Below are positions 37,764 through 47,705 of a DNA stretch of 64,000 bases, piece after piece. The DNA is from Meyerozyma guilliermondii (taxonomy: Eukaryota): contig CP128817.1 in NCBI GenBank assembly GCA_051546255.1, positions 1,488,001-1,552,000 on the forward strand, given 5' to 3'. The position numbers and the translations under genes are program-made. Below the pieces are notes generated by a model. That model saw only the letters and a list, made by a program, of their open reading frames with translations. It had not been told where the DNA came from and did no database searches. Numbering within the stretch: position 1 is the first letter of the stretch; the number at the start of each line of letters is the position of its first letter.

Positions 37764-40649
37764 ATGTTACCCAAATTGTTGTGGTCCTCTTCAGCTTTGA
37801 TGCTTATTGCCACGGTTTTGGCTGCTGAGCACGATAAACTGAACAATGGCAAAGCCAAGGTTGAATCTTCCACTTCGTCCGACAATAACCCATTGGACTT
37901 TCTCAGTCGTCTATTGGCCACTAATGGCCCAGCCTCGGCTCCTACGACGCTGACGGACGAAAACACGGGTTTCTTCAACAATCCCTTCGCACAGGCCCAA
38001 ACGGCGCCTTCTCTGAGCCAGCCTACAACGGTAGCGGCCGAGACAAAGACTCCTTCAACGACGCCCACATCCACCGCGGAGAACTCTCCTACTTCGGATC
38101 CTACGACCGAACCTACGACGGAGCTTACTCCCGCACCTACAACTGCGACGACATCGACCGATGCAGCTGAAAAGTCCGTAGCAAATACCCCTAGCACGGA
38201 GGACACAACGTCGCCTACCAAAACGGCAGACACTCAGTCCCCTACGACTGAACCCACTACTGCAGCGACCTCTCTGGCTCCTGCAGCTGCTGAAGACGCA
38301 AAGAGTACCGAGAAAGCATCTACCGCTATGCTTGCTGATGGTCCTCCAACAACTAGTGCTACTACTACCCCAACGACTAGTCCAACATCTAGTGGTACTA
38401 CTACACCCACTACCAGTTCAACAGCCAGCGAAACGACCACTCCAACGACCACCACTAGTCCAACAACTTCTACAAGTCCAACGACTACTTCCACGAACCC
38501 CACTAGTGCTGCTGTGGACGTGACAGTCTCGGGCTCTTCTCTGGTGGTCGCTCCATCCACAGCAACTGCTGAAGACTCAACTTCCACACCAACGACAACG
38601 TCGCCTTCTAAAAGCGCAACACCAACGGTTGAACCATCTTCTTCTCAGGTGGTCGGAAGTGTTGAACCCACAACACAACCCAAGGTCGAATCATCTACTG
38701 TTGCTCCTTCTGATTCGGTGATTGCTACTCCAACAGACTCTACTACATCCACGCCATCTGGCACAGAATCCACAACGAGTCTTCAACAACCTTCTACGGC
38801 AGAACTTGCTACCTCTGCTCCTCTGAGTGTCGCTTCAGAGACCGCCTCAGCGTCTACTGCTCCGGCCGATTTCATAGCGACATCGGGTGCATCTTCGACC
38901 TTGCCTCAGCTGGGTTCCACTACTCCAGTTCCAAAAGCTACTTCATCTACACCAACTACTGTTTCCGAGTCTACACTGGCCTTAGCGCCTGTCCCTACTT
39001 CCCAGCAAAGCTCCGTGACTTCGGCAGCTCAAGTCATTCCTGCGCTGCTGGTGCCTCAAACTTCGTCGACATTGCCATCAACATCTTTGGTGTCTCCTAC
39101 GGAGCTGACATTACCTGTGTCTTCTTCTACTCCTCCACTTCCTCCCACGGCAATTTCGAGTAGTGTATCTCAGTCGTCGGTTCCACCTACAATTCCCGTC
39201 TCCCCTTCAACGGTTGCAACAACGTCGTCGACTCTGTCGGTCCCTATAGTTTCAACACCAGTAACTGAATCGACTACGCCAGTTGTCTCACCAACCGTTG
39301 AATCGTCCACTCCACCAACCACTGTCCTGCAAGCAGTTGTCTCTACCCCAGTGCAGCTGGAATCAAGTCTGACCCCAGTTGTGCCTACTGTTACTTCGGA
39401 GTCTGCTGTTGCACCTTCAGCTGAGACTTCAGTGATCCCAGTTGTGTCTTCAGCTGAGACTTCAGTCATCCCAGTGCCTTCAGCTGTTACTTCAGAGACT
39501 CCAGAGGAGACTACCACTTCAGCTGTCTCGGCAGCAGTAACGGTTTCTCCTGAGACTTCTGCCTCGCCAACTACCACCGCCATTCAACCTTCAGTGGTTC
39601 AAGAACTGTCGGCTCCTGCTACTAGTAATGTGGTACCACTGCAAACGACACCTGTCACCAGTACCATTCCTGTTGCTTCAAATGTTGAACAAACAACCTC
39701 TTTCGAAATTCAGACTCCATCAACAACTGAAGTTCCACTTCAGGAAACACCTTCTTCCCATCAAAGACCAGCACCTACACCAGGTACCACTGACAACTGG
39801 CTCCCAACTACCATTGTCGCCGAAAGTACCGGTACAAAAACACCCACCAAAACCACTGATGACGGTATCACGCAAGCGACGGGCGATGCGACTCAAACTT
39901 CGGGCTTGCCAAGTGCTATCAATCCCGTGACTACTTCCGTTCCAGGTAAAGATTACGATATCGTATACATAGGATTCAAATCGGCGTTGAACTATCCATT
40001 TGTGGTTCTGCATTCGGTTTCTTCTGCTCAGATATTCGAGTATTTGCCTGGCACCCTCAAATTTCCATTCACAGCATCTGACAAGTATGACGATGTCGTT
40101 GTTCGGAGGTTGGTTCCATTCACTGCCGACGGTATTGATTACACAATTACTGTGGCTGAGGTCTACTTCCCAACGGCGTCCGTGAATGCGTTGAGAGAAT
40201 TCATTACTACCCAGGACTCCAAATTGTACAGAAATACCAATCCAACTGAGCACAATTTGGCAGCATTAATTGACAACCGTATACCGTTGACTGGTATTGA
40301 CTTGTCTGGCAGCTCAAATAGCGGAGGCGGTACATCCACCAACTACGGTTCAATGGATTCTAGCGGAGCGAACTCCAAGATTTCCGACAAAGGAAAGATT
40401 GCCGGAATCACCATTGGAGCAGCCGCAGGTTTTGGGTTGTATATGTCGTTGATGGTCCTCCTCTTCAAAAAATACAAAAAGAAGAGCGGAATCGAGCTTC
40501 CCTACTCGGATTCCGAGAGTCATGTTGGATCCGTCGAGGATTTTGTTTTCCACAACAGAGTCGACCAGTCATCTGGTAGCGGCTCGCACTCGAAGAGTGT
40601 CCAGATCTCTGACCCAGTTCAAGCATCGAACTCACTCGGGTGGTCATAG
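37764..40649 (+). CDS. MSB2: Signalling mucin of the filamentous-growth/HOG MAPK pathways
   Basis: Signal peptide, long S/T/P mucin region, HMH domain (IGFKSALNYPFVV..SVSSAQIFEYLP...TVAEVYFP), one TM helix, C-terminal ISDPVQASNSLGW. Confidence 0.93.
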   Translation: MLPKLLWSSSALMLIATVLAAEHDKLNNGKAKVESSTSSDNNPLDFLSRLLATNGPASAPTTLTDENTGFFNNPFAQAQTAPSLSQPTTVAAETKTPSTTPTSTAENSPTSDPTTEPTTELTPAPTTATTSTDAAEKSVANTPSTEDTTSPTKTADTQSPTTEPTTAATSLAPAAAEDAKSTEKASTAMLADGPPTTSATTTPTTSPTSSGTTTPTTSSTASETTTPTTTTSPTTSTSPTTTSTNPTSAAVDVTVSGSSLVVAPSTATAEDSTSTPTTTSPSKSATPTVEPSSSQVVGSVEPTTQPKVESSTVAPSDSVIATPTDSTTSTPSGTESTTSLQQPSTAELATSAPLSVASETASASTAPADFIATSGASSTLPQLGSTTPVPKATSSTPTTVSESTLALAPVPTSQQSSVTSAAQVIPALLVPQTSSTLPSTSLVSPTELTLPVSSSTPPLPPTAISSSVSQSSVPPTIPVSPSTVATTSSTLSVPIVSTPVTESTTPVVSPTVESSTPPTTVLQAVVSTPVQLESSLTPVVPTVTSESAVAPSAETSVIPVVSSAETSVIPVPSAVTSETPEETTTSAVSAAVTVSPETSASPTTTAIQPSVVQELSAPATSNVVPLQTTPVTSTIPVASNVEQTTSFEIQTPSTTEVPLQETPSSHQRPAPTPGTTDNWLPTTIVAESTGTKTPTKTTDDGITQATGDATQTSGLPSAINPVTTSVPGKDYDIVYIGFKSALNYPFVVLHSVSSAQIFEYLPGTLKFPFTASDKYDDVVVRRLVPFTADGIDYTITVAEVYFPTASVNALREFITTQDSKLYRNTNPTEHNLAALIDNRIPLTGIDLSGSSNSGGGTSTNYGSMDSSGANSKISDKGKIAGITIGAAAGFGLYMSLMVLLFKKYKKKSGIELPYSDSESHVGSVEDFVFHNRVDQSSGSGSHSKSVQISDPVQASNSLGWS
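39415..39495 (+). repeat. Coding direct repeat in MSB2 (SAETSVIPV twice plus a degenerate third copy)
   Basis: CTTCAGCTGAGACTTCAGTsATCCCAGT at about 39415 and 39448. Confidence 0.75.
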
Positions 40650-40781
40650 GTTGTGGAACGCAAACTAGCATTTTTTTGATAGTCTAAAGATCGAAGATCG
40701 ACTCTGGGCAGACCTAAACGGACATTTTGAGTTCTTCTCGTCATTTCATGTATTATTCTATTCTAGTATTCAATATACCCT

Positions 40782-42371
40782 TTATAACAGACTCACGTAC
40801 TCTTTCAAGCGCTCTATGACCGTGACTGCGTCTTCGTCAAGAATCTCAGTCAACTCGTCGATCAACTCTTGGTTCTTTTCAAAGTTGTGCGCAATCAAAT
40901 GCTTGTAGATGAAGTCGATAACGAAGTCTTCTTTAACACCCAAAAATTCTTCAACCAAATCACTGATTTTGCTGCGCAACGACTCTGTGTCGAGGTTTGC
41001 AAAAACCACATTAGAGACAGAATTTTTAGTTGGAGTGTTTTCGGTGACATTTTCTTTGACGAAAGATGAGAGAAATTGACTGGCATTTTCGTGAGCAGCG
41101 AGCTCTTTTTTCTCAGCTTCTTCATCGGCAGCATCCAAAGCTTCTTCTTGCTCTCTTTCTTTGGCTCTTAATCTTAGATACTCTGGGTGGTTTGTGTAGT
41201 AAAGGCGGAAACGAGCCGGCAAATCAGGGTCGATTTTTTCATCGTCAAAATTTTTCCATTGCTGCAAAATTTGAAGTTTACTATCCAACACCTGTTTCTC
41301 GTAGCTTCTTTCTCTTTCAAGATTAGCAGCAAGAACTGCTCTCTGTGACTTCTCAAGCTCATCCAAAGCGGACACTTTTGTCTGGTATAAATCGTGGTAC
41401 TTTTTGGCGCTTTCTTCCTTGAGAAATGCGTCGTATTGAGCGTCGTCCATTTCTTCATGCTCAGCACTTTCGGTCATTGGTGTGTCTACCGGCTCGTCAT
41501 CTTGCTTGACAGCATCCAGGAAGAGCGACTTGAGCTTGTTTTTGGTCCTTATCCGTTCAGCCTCGGCTTCTTTTCGCCGGTTTTCTTTTTCGTCTTTGAG
41601 CACTTTGGTTCTAAATCGAATTATATCTCGCTTAATATCTTCTTTCAAGTCTTTCGGCACCTCAATGAGCTCCTGCTCATCCACCTTGTACTTGTTATAG
41701 TAGTCCAAGCCAGCATCGTCTCCTTTGTCGGCTTTGGATGCTGCTAAAAGTGCTCTTATCGGAGCCAAAGAAGCGGAAAAAGGTTCCTCGGGTAAATCCT
41801 TCAAAAACTCGCCAGCAAGCGGCTCAGTATAGACCTGGGCACCGAAGGCTTCGTGGAACCCGTGCTGGACGTTTTTGGCTAAAAACCATCGTAAATGATC
41901 GATACTGGAAAATCGAATGAAAATGAGTCGGTTTTCAATATTCGAATTTTCTATTATTGACCACGAAAATTTGGTTTTGTCAAAGAAATGCATTAGTACG
42001 CTCTCTGTAGCCAATTCCAGCACCACAGGAAAGTTTTTGATGGTAACAGTGCAAACTTGTTCTTGAAAGTTGGACGGTAAGAAGTCGTTAACATTAACAA
42101 AAAGACTCAATGTGAGGTTCTGTGAAACATGTTCCACTTGTGACACTTCCTCGGAAGTTTGAGTGCCCTGTGGGTCCTTGGGTATATCGTTGGTGTTGTT
42201 TAGAATCTTTGAATTGTTGGCTTTGATTATGCTGGAAAAATCCACATTTGCTGGAATCGGTATTCTGTGTCTTGAGCGTATGTATGTGGTTTCTGTGGTA
42301 CCTAGAAGTGAAAGTAGAGCCGAGTTCTTGTCGGTTTGAACGTTATACGGTTCTATGCTTGAAATCGGCAT
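40782..42371 (-). CDS. SNU71: U1 snRNP protein with RRM-like, coiled-coil and PWI domains
   Basis: C-terminal PWI LRSKISDLVEEFLGVKEDFVIDFIY...ELTEILDEDA and a charged coiled coil. First ATG at 42371. Confidence 0.85.
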   Translation of the reverse strand: MPISSIEPYNVQTDKNSALLSLLGTTETTYIRSRHRIPIPANVDFSSIIKANNSKILNNTNDIPKDPQGTQTSEEVSQVEHVSQNLTLSLFVNVNDFLPSNFQEQVCTVTIKNFPVVLELATESVLMHFFDKTKFSWSIIENSNIENRLIFIRFSSIDHLRWFLAKNVQHGFHEAFGAQVYTEPLAGEFLKDLPEEPFSASLAPIRALLAASKADKGDDAGLDYYNKYKVDEQELIEVPKDLKEDIKRDIIRFRTKVLKDEKENRRKEAEAERIRTKNKLKSLFLDAVKQDDEPVDTPMTESAEHEEMDDAQYDAFLKEESAKKYHDLYQTKVSALDELEKSQRAVLAANLERERSYEKQVLDSKLQILQQWKNFDDEKIDPDLPARFRLYYTNHPEYLRLRAKEREQEEALDAADEEAEKKELAAHENASQFLSSFVKENVTENTPTKNSVSNVVFANLDTESLRSKISDLVEEFLGVKEDFVIDFIYKHLIAHNFEKNQELIDELTEILDEDAVTVIERLKEYVSLL

Positions 42372-42459
42372 ATTTTGGTGTAGCTGCAAATGTTCAATCA
42401 AACTAAAAAGATGAGATCGCGAAATTCTTAACTATTTTCATGGTTCACCAATTACTGAA

Positions 42460-44550
42460 ATGACATTAATACTACCTATAGATGTACGAAAAACCCATGA
42501 AAAGCGCCAAAACGACAATAATATTCCCCATAGACCCACCAGCACACCTGCAAATGGTTCTAAGCTCCCCCCCAAACCATCTAAAGTTCCATTTCAAGCG
42601 ATGAGGTCGGAGGTGGATCGAGATAAAAACGACATTGAAGCATGGGAACGGTTCCTCAAAGCCTTAGAAGATTCATACAAGCTGCAAAATGAAAATGGAA
42701 CGCTGGACGATGCTTTAAGTTTGTTTTTGGACGAAAACTATAAAGCTCTACTTGAACGGTTTCCCTACTTGACCCACCAATGGAAGAACTACTCCGTGTT
42801 CAAGTTTCAGTTTCAGGGCATAGACGCTTCAATTGACGTTCTTGCACAATCTGTCGAAAAACATCCAACTTCTGTCGAATTGTGGACCGAATACTTGACG
42901 GCTATGACCACTCAAGACCCCGAATACAACGACGCTCAGTGCCTTCGAAACCTCTTTATCAAAGCAATTGATATCATTGGCCACCACTTTAACAGCGATC
43001 CTATATGGGACATGTACATTGGCTTTGAAACGAAAGTTTCCGGTCCAGAGTCGGAAGAGGTAATTTCCATCTACTCGAAAGTTACTCATATCCCGCTATA
43101 CAAATACGCCATTTACTTTGAGCACTATTCAACGATAAACAAAGGTGCCAAATTGCACCAGATCTGTTCGAAAGATGTCATTGATGAATATTTACTGAAG
43201 TTTGAAAAGTCTTCAGATGATGAATTCACCGAGGTTGAAACCAGCCAAATCATCGACGATTACTGCTACAAAGTTTTCACGAATATCCAAGAGCTTGTGG
43301 GTGAGTTCTGGAACTTTGAGTCGCAAATTGAGTCTTTTGACTACAATGGAAAAACTGTACCTAAAGAAAAAAGTATCTGGAAAGAGTACCAAGATTATGC
43401 TATCTCGAAATTTCAAAGTGAGCCAAGTGAGGTCAATTACAGCGTGTGTGTCTCGATCTTTGAGCGGTCTCTCGTTCCCAACTGCGGTGATAGTCAATTT
43501 TGGTTGAAATACGTCTCGTTTCTAAACTCTTCCAATTTTCAAATAGAGCACAAAAGATCCAAAATCGAAGTTGCCTACAATAGAGCGAACAATACTTTTG
43601 TTCCTGTCACCGAAACAACAACTCGAGTCAGTTATATTTACTACTTGATGTCGTTAAACGAGCCTACCGCCGCACTTGACCAATTATTGGGTATAATAGA
43701 AACTATGGCTGGCCCAGATTTGTACCTCAAACAGCAGTATTTGGTTTATGTGAAGCTCTTTGTCGATATTCTTGCTGAGTTATCGAGCGATTTCGTCAAT
43801 ACCAGCAAAATCGTAATCACCAATTTTTTCGAAGACGACCATACAAGTACTTCAATTCCAGAGGGAGATTATAGCGACCAGCTCAACCAGTTTTTCCAAC
43901 TTTTGAATAATGATTCTATCTGTATTGTGGTCTTCAAGTATCTTCGCCTAGTTGACAAAAAGTACAAAGATGACAGGAAAATGGCGAGTGAAACTTTGCG
44001 CACCTTTTTCAACCAATACTATCGTCAACCAGCGCTCTCCAGATCCACGAGATTCTGGCACTTTTATGTCGAGTTCGAAGGTGTCAAGATGAAAGATATG
44101 GTAAATCTTCGAAATGTCATCAATTACATCAAAAGCTATAGCCAACTTCCCAAAACATGCATCGATGCTATAGCGGACCAAGTGTACGATTATGCTACGT
44201 GCAATTTACCTGTGGTTGTCAGAGAAGAACTCCAAGACGATCTTTTGTTGTCGGTGAAAAGCAGTAGCAATTCCATAATTATTGACCACAAATTACGAAG
44301 CCGACTTGCCAATAACAGCTTTATCGTCCAGGATATGGAGGACCGAAAGGAAAAAAACGGCAAGGAATATGAGCTATTGAAGCTTCTTCGCAAGCATGTA
44401 AACCATCCTGGTATCTTGGTTGATGCTCAGCCAAGTATCACCAATGAAATTGCAATAGAGGATATCGATATACCTCAAGCTGGAGTACCCGACTTACCAA
44501 CTTTTCGCAATGTCGAGAAAACCAACACCCCAATAAAGTACCCCGAATAG
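42460..44550 (+). CDS. PRP39: U1 snRNP HAT-repeat protein
   Basis: HAT repeats (LLERFPYL..WKNY, PTSVELWTEYL, IGHHFNSDPIWDMYI, FERSLVP). C-terminal HPGI...PSITN...LPTFRNVEK resembles Prp39 rather than Prp42 as I recall them. Confidence 0.82.
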   Translation: MTLILPIDVRKTHEKRQNDNNIPHRPTSTPANGSKLPPKPSKVPFQAMRSEVDRDKNDIEAWERFLKALEDSYKLQNENGTLDDALSLFLDENYKALLERFPYLTHQWKNYSVFKFQFQGIDASIDVLAQSVEKHPTSVELWTEYLTAMTTQDPEYNDAQCLRNLFIKAIDIIGHHFNSDPIWDMYIGFETKVSGPESEEVISIYSKVTHIPLYKYAIYFEHYSTINKGAKLHQICSKDVIDEYLLKFEKSSDDEFTEVETSQIIDDYCYKVFTNIQELVGEFWNFESQIESFDYNGKTVPKEKSIWKEYQDYAISKFQSEPSEVNYSVCVSIFERSLVPNCGDSQFWLKYVSFLNSSNFQIEHKRSKIEVAYNRANNTFVPVTETTTRVSYIYYLMSLNEPTAALDQLLGIIETMAGPDLYLKQQYLVYVKLFVDILAELSSDFVNTSKIVITNFFEDDHTSTSIPEGDYSDQLNQFFQLLNNDSICIVVFKYLRLVDKKYKDDRKMASETLRTFFNQYYRQPALSRSTRFWHFYVEFEGVKMKDMVNLRNVINYIKSYSQLPKTCIDAIADQVYDYATCNLPVVVREELQDDLLLSVKSSSNSIIIDHKLRSRLANNSFIVQDMEDRKEKNGKEYELLKLLRKHVNHPGILVDAQPSITNEIAIEDIDIPQAGVPDLPTFRNVEKTNTPIKYPE

Positions 44551-46290
44551 CTAAGCAGTATCGCTTTGTCTTCCAATGACCAATAGATCATTCCTCACGT
44601 TGGCTTGCTTGGTAGATCGATTATCTCCATAAACCTCTAGAATCGCCAACTTGGGGCACTTTTGGCCCAACAGCATCAATACCATATTATCCACAACTCT
44701 CACAAAACCAATATCGAGCGTAGTAAGTAGCGGTAAATCAAGCGGATCAAACTGACTGTCTTTGTCCACTTTATGGGGCAGAAGCACATCTATGAGCAAA
44801 TCTTTAGTGAGGAGCCTCAAAGAGTTCAAATTGAGTTCCACCAAAGTTTTTCCGGAATGCTTTAACAACGAGTAAACTGCTTCGTTTGCCAAAAGTCCAC
44901 ATTTACGCAAGTTGACTCCAATGAGTCCTCCACTATTCACCTTGGAATAATCTTCGAATGCCTTGCTGAAGCCTTCATTGGATACCTGATCCAACGAGTC
45001 CATGGAAAGATGTGTCAAGCGAGGACAGAATTTTGCAACTCCTTCGATCAAAAATCTATCGGTGAGGTCCGTACAGCCGTCAACATTAAGGGAAACCAAC
45101 GTGTCGCCGGTAACCGAAAGAATATTAATTATCAAGTCGTCGGTGATCAAACCCTCAGAGTGTGGGTAGGAAAGCTCCAAATGAACTAGTTTCGAAGCCA
45201 GCAAGTAATGTGGTATCAAGCTGTACACTGATTCTTCCTTGAGTCCATCCAAGCGAGAGAGTTTCAAAGACGTGAGGTTCGAACCACAGCCCTCTAGCAA
45301 GCTGATCAAGGAATCGTTTCCGAATCGGTGGGTATTTCGAAGTTCAAATTCTGTTAGTCTGGAGCCTCCGTCGGCGAAATAATCCAGCCAAGCGGTCTCG
45401 CTGATCAAAAATGGACCGTTGAGTGCAAGAGACGTCAACTCGAGAAGATTGGTGCCGTAGTACTTTAGGTTATCGTTATGGAACTGGCCGCACATGAAGA
45501 GGGTCAACGACTGGATTTTGGGACAGAATGCCACGATTTTGTTCAACGAGTCGGAGTCCACGTTGGAGCAGTCCCAGAGGCGGAGCGATGTGATTTGTGG
45601 GTTGAGAAATAACGGAATGGTGGTCTCATCGAGAGATCTATTTTTGCTCAAGATCTGTGCAACCTTGTTAATGTTGGACTGTCCAATGTCTCCGAGAGCA
45701 TCGACATCGCCAATGTTCTCCGTGATCTTGCGGATACACACGTCCTGAAGCTTGGGAATTCGAACCCGGGTCCTATCCAAGAGCGCCAGCGCCACTTTCT
45801 TTCTTCGCTTTCTCGCCGCAAATTGACTCCGACGACTGGCTCGTTCTTGCTCTTTAACCAACTCATTACACTCGTCACAGAGATACCCCTTGCGGGCAGC
45901 AAGGTACCGCGAGTACACCGTCAACGTAAACGGTTTCCCACAGTCGGCACATTCACTAGTTTCTCCGAATTTGTCCTGGTTTCGATTGCTCTCATCGTCT
46001 ACCCATTCATCATCGGAGTCGTCCGAGTCATATTTTCCCGCTCTTTTGCGCCTGCCGGCTTCGCGGATCGCGTCTTCCTCGGGATCAGCAACCAGAACCT
46101 CTTCATTGTTGCTGACGGTTCCATTTGAGGTTTCGGCTTCTTCTGGACCAGTTGAAGTTTCGCTAGTTTCTACACTTTCGCTTCTTTCCTGGCGCCGCCG
46201 AAACGCGTCCGTAATACCCTCCACACGGAGGAACTCTGTCAACGCACTGTTGGGTCCGCGGACCCCTGTTGACTTTTTCTGGCGTGCCAT
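44551..46290 (-). CDS. RAD7: Global-genome NER leucine-rich repeat protein
   Basis: GVRGPNSALTEFLRVEGI N-terminus, CxxC...CxxC finger, LQDVCIRKI...LGDIG...ILSKNRSL, LRRs, C-terminal LEVYGDNR...VIGRQSD. Confidence 0.92.
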   Translation of the reverse strand: MARQKKSTGVRGPNSALTEFLRVEGITDAFRRRQERSESVETSETSTGPEEAETSNGTVSNNEEVLVADPEEDAIREAGRRKRAGKYDSDDSDDEWVDDESNRNQDKFGETSECADCGKPFTLTVYSRYLAARKGYLCDECNELVKEQERASRRSQFAARKRRKKVALALLDRTRVRIPKLQDVCIRKITENIGDVDALGDIGQSNINKVAQILSKNRSLDETTIPLFLNPQITSLRLWDCSNVDSDSLNKIVAFCPKIQSLTLFMCGQFHNDNLKYYGTNLLELTSLALNGPFLISETAWLDYFADGGSRLTEFELRNTHRFGNDSLISLLEGCGSNLTSLKLSRLDGLKEESVYSLIPHYLLASKLVHLELSYPHSEGLITDDLIINILSVTGDTLVSLNVDGCTDLTDRFLIEGVAKFCPRLTHLSMDSLDQVSNEGFSKAFEDYSKVNSGGLIGVNLRKCGLLANEAVYSLLKHSGKTLVELNLNSLRLLTKDLLIDVLLPHKVDKDSQFDPLDLPLLTTLDIGFVRVVDNMVLMLLGQKCPKLAILEVYGDNRSTKQANVRNDLLVIGRQSDTA

Positions 46291-46438
46291 AACTCTTTAG
46301 AGGATGCTGATTAACGAATCCAAATCAATGGCATCGCACCGGTGCACCCACACATTCGTGCGCGCACAGACCCGCACACCAACAAGGTAGATCGCCACAA
46401 CGTCAAGACGAGTGGATAAAGCATTGCGTTAGTACAAG

Positions 46439-47682
46439 ATGCAGGTGATTTTCAAGGACTTTAAGAAACAGAAAGTCACCATTGATGTCGGGCTGGACGA
46501 CACTGTAAGTTTGGACTTGGGTTTTGGTGGTTTAAATCACGATTTTTTCACCGATGTCGACGTTGTTGGTTCACGATGTTGGCTCCAAAAACACAATTTT
46601 TACTAATACAGGTGCTTGTGGCTAAGCAGAAGCTCGCGGCAGAGCAGGGCTGTGAAGCAGAACAGCTCAAACTTGTGTATTCTGGAAAAGTTTTACAAGA
46701 TGACAAGACCATCACCGACTCCAAGGTGAAAGAAGGAGACTCAATTATTTTCATGGTTGCGAAAAAGAAGCCGGTCAGCGACGCAAAACCCGAGACGAAG
46801 ACCAGCGAGACTGCTGGAGCTGGAAAGTCAGAGACCAAGGCAACTGAAGCGTCTACAAGTACGGCCGGAAATGAAACTTCAACTTCAGGAAATTCCGGAA
46901 CTTCTAACACTTCTGGAGTTTCCGGCTCCGGCTCTGGCTCTGGTGCTGTCACCTCTGGCGGCGGCGACTTTGCGCTGGGCGACGAGCGCGAAGCCAGCAT
47001 TCAGAATATAATGGAAATGGGGTACGAACGAACTCAGGTGGAGGCTGCGTTGCGGGCGTCATTCAACAACCCTCACCGGGCGGTGGAGTACTTGTTGACG
47101 GGAATCCCCGAGTCGCTTCAAAGACCACAAATCTCAAACGCTGCTGCTTCGGGTGCGGTATCGGCTCCGTCTGCGGTTTCTGAAGCCGACACTTCGGCCG
47201 ACGCCGACAACACCGAAGGAGCAGAAAACCTCTTTGAGGCTGCCGCCGCCGCGGCCCAGCAGGGCGAATCAGGAGCTGGAAGCGGTGCCGCTGGCGGAGC
47301 AGACCAGGGCGACGATGCTCAATTGAGATTGTTGAGAACCGCATTGCAGACAAACCCAGAACTCATCCAGCCGTTACTCGAGCAGCTCGCGGCGTCCAAC
47401 CCACAGGTGGCTACCTTGATCCAGCAGGACCCTGAGGCTTTTGTGAGGACGTTTTTGGGTGAGGGAGAAGACATCGAGTTTGACGATGCAGAAGGAGAAT
47501 TGGCTGCCGGTGAAGGAGGTCTTGGTGCCGGAGAAGTAGCGATACAATTGTCGGAGCAGGATGAGAGCGCTATCGGCAGATTATGTGAGTTGGGGTTCGA
47601 CCGCAATTTGGTGATTCAGGTGTACATTGCCTGTGACAAGAACGAAGAGGTGGCTGCGGATATTCTATTTAGGGATATGTAA
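46439..47682 (+). CDS. RAD23: UbL-UBA proteasome shuttle and NER factor; spliced (exon 1 46439-46504, exon 2 46612-47682)
   Basis: Exon 1 [17 protein letters not shown] completes the UbL ([12 protein letters not shown]). UBA1 MEMGYER...[22 protein letters not shown]-binding region, UBA2 [24 protein letters not shown]. Confidence 0.95.
46505..46611 (+). other. Spliceosomal intron in RAD23 (107 nt)
   Basis: GTAAGT at 46505, TACTAAT branch at 46601-46607, CAG at 46609-46611. Phase 0. Confidence 0.9.
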
Positions 47683-47705
47683 CATGTACTATAACTGTCG
47701 TACGA

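Noticed and set aside
37745..39583. Val/Gly-rich antisense ORFs over MSB2
   Set aside because: Mirror of Thr/Ser/Pro codons on the sense strand.
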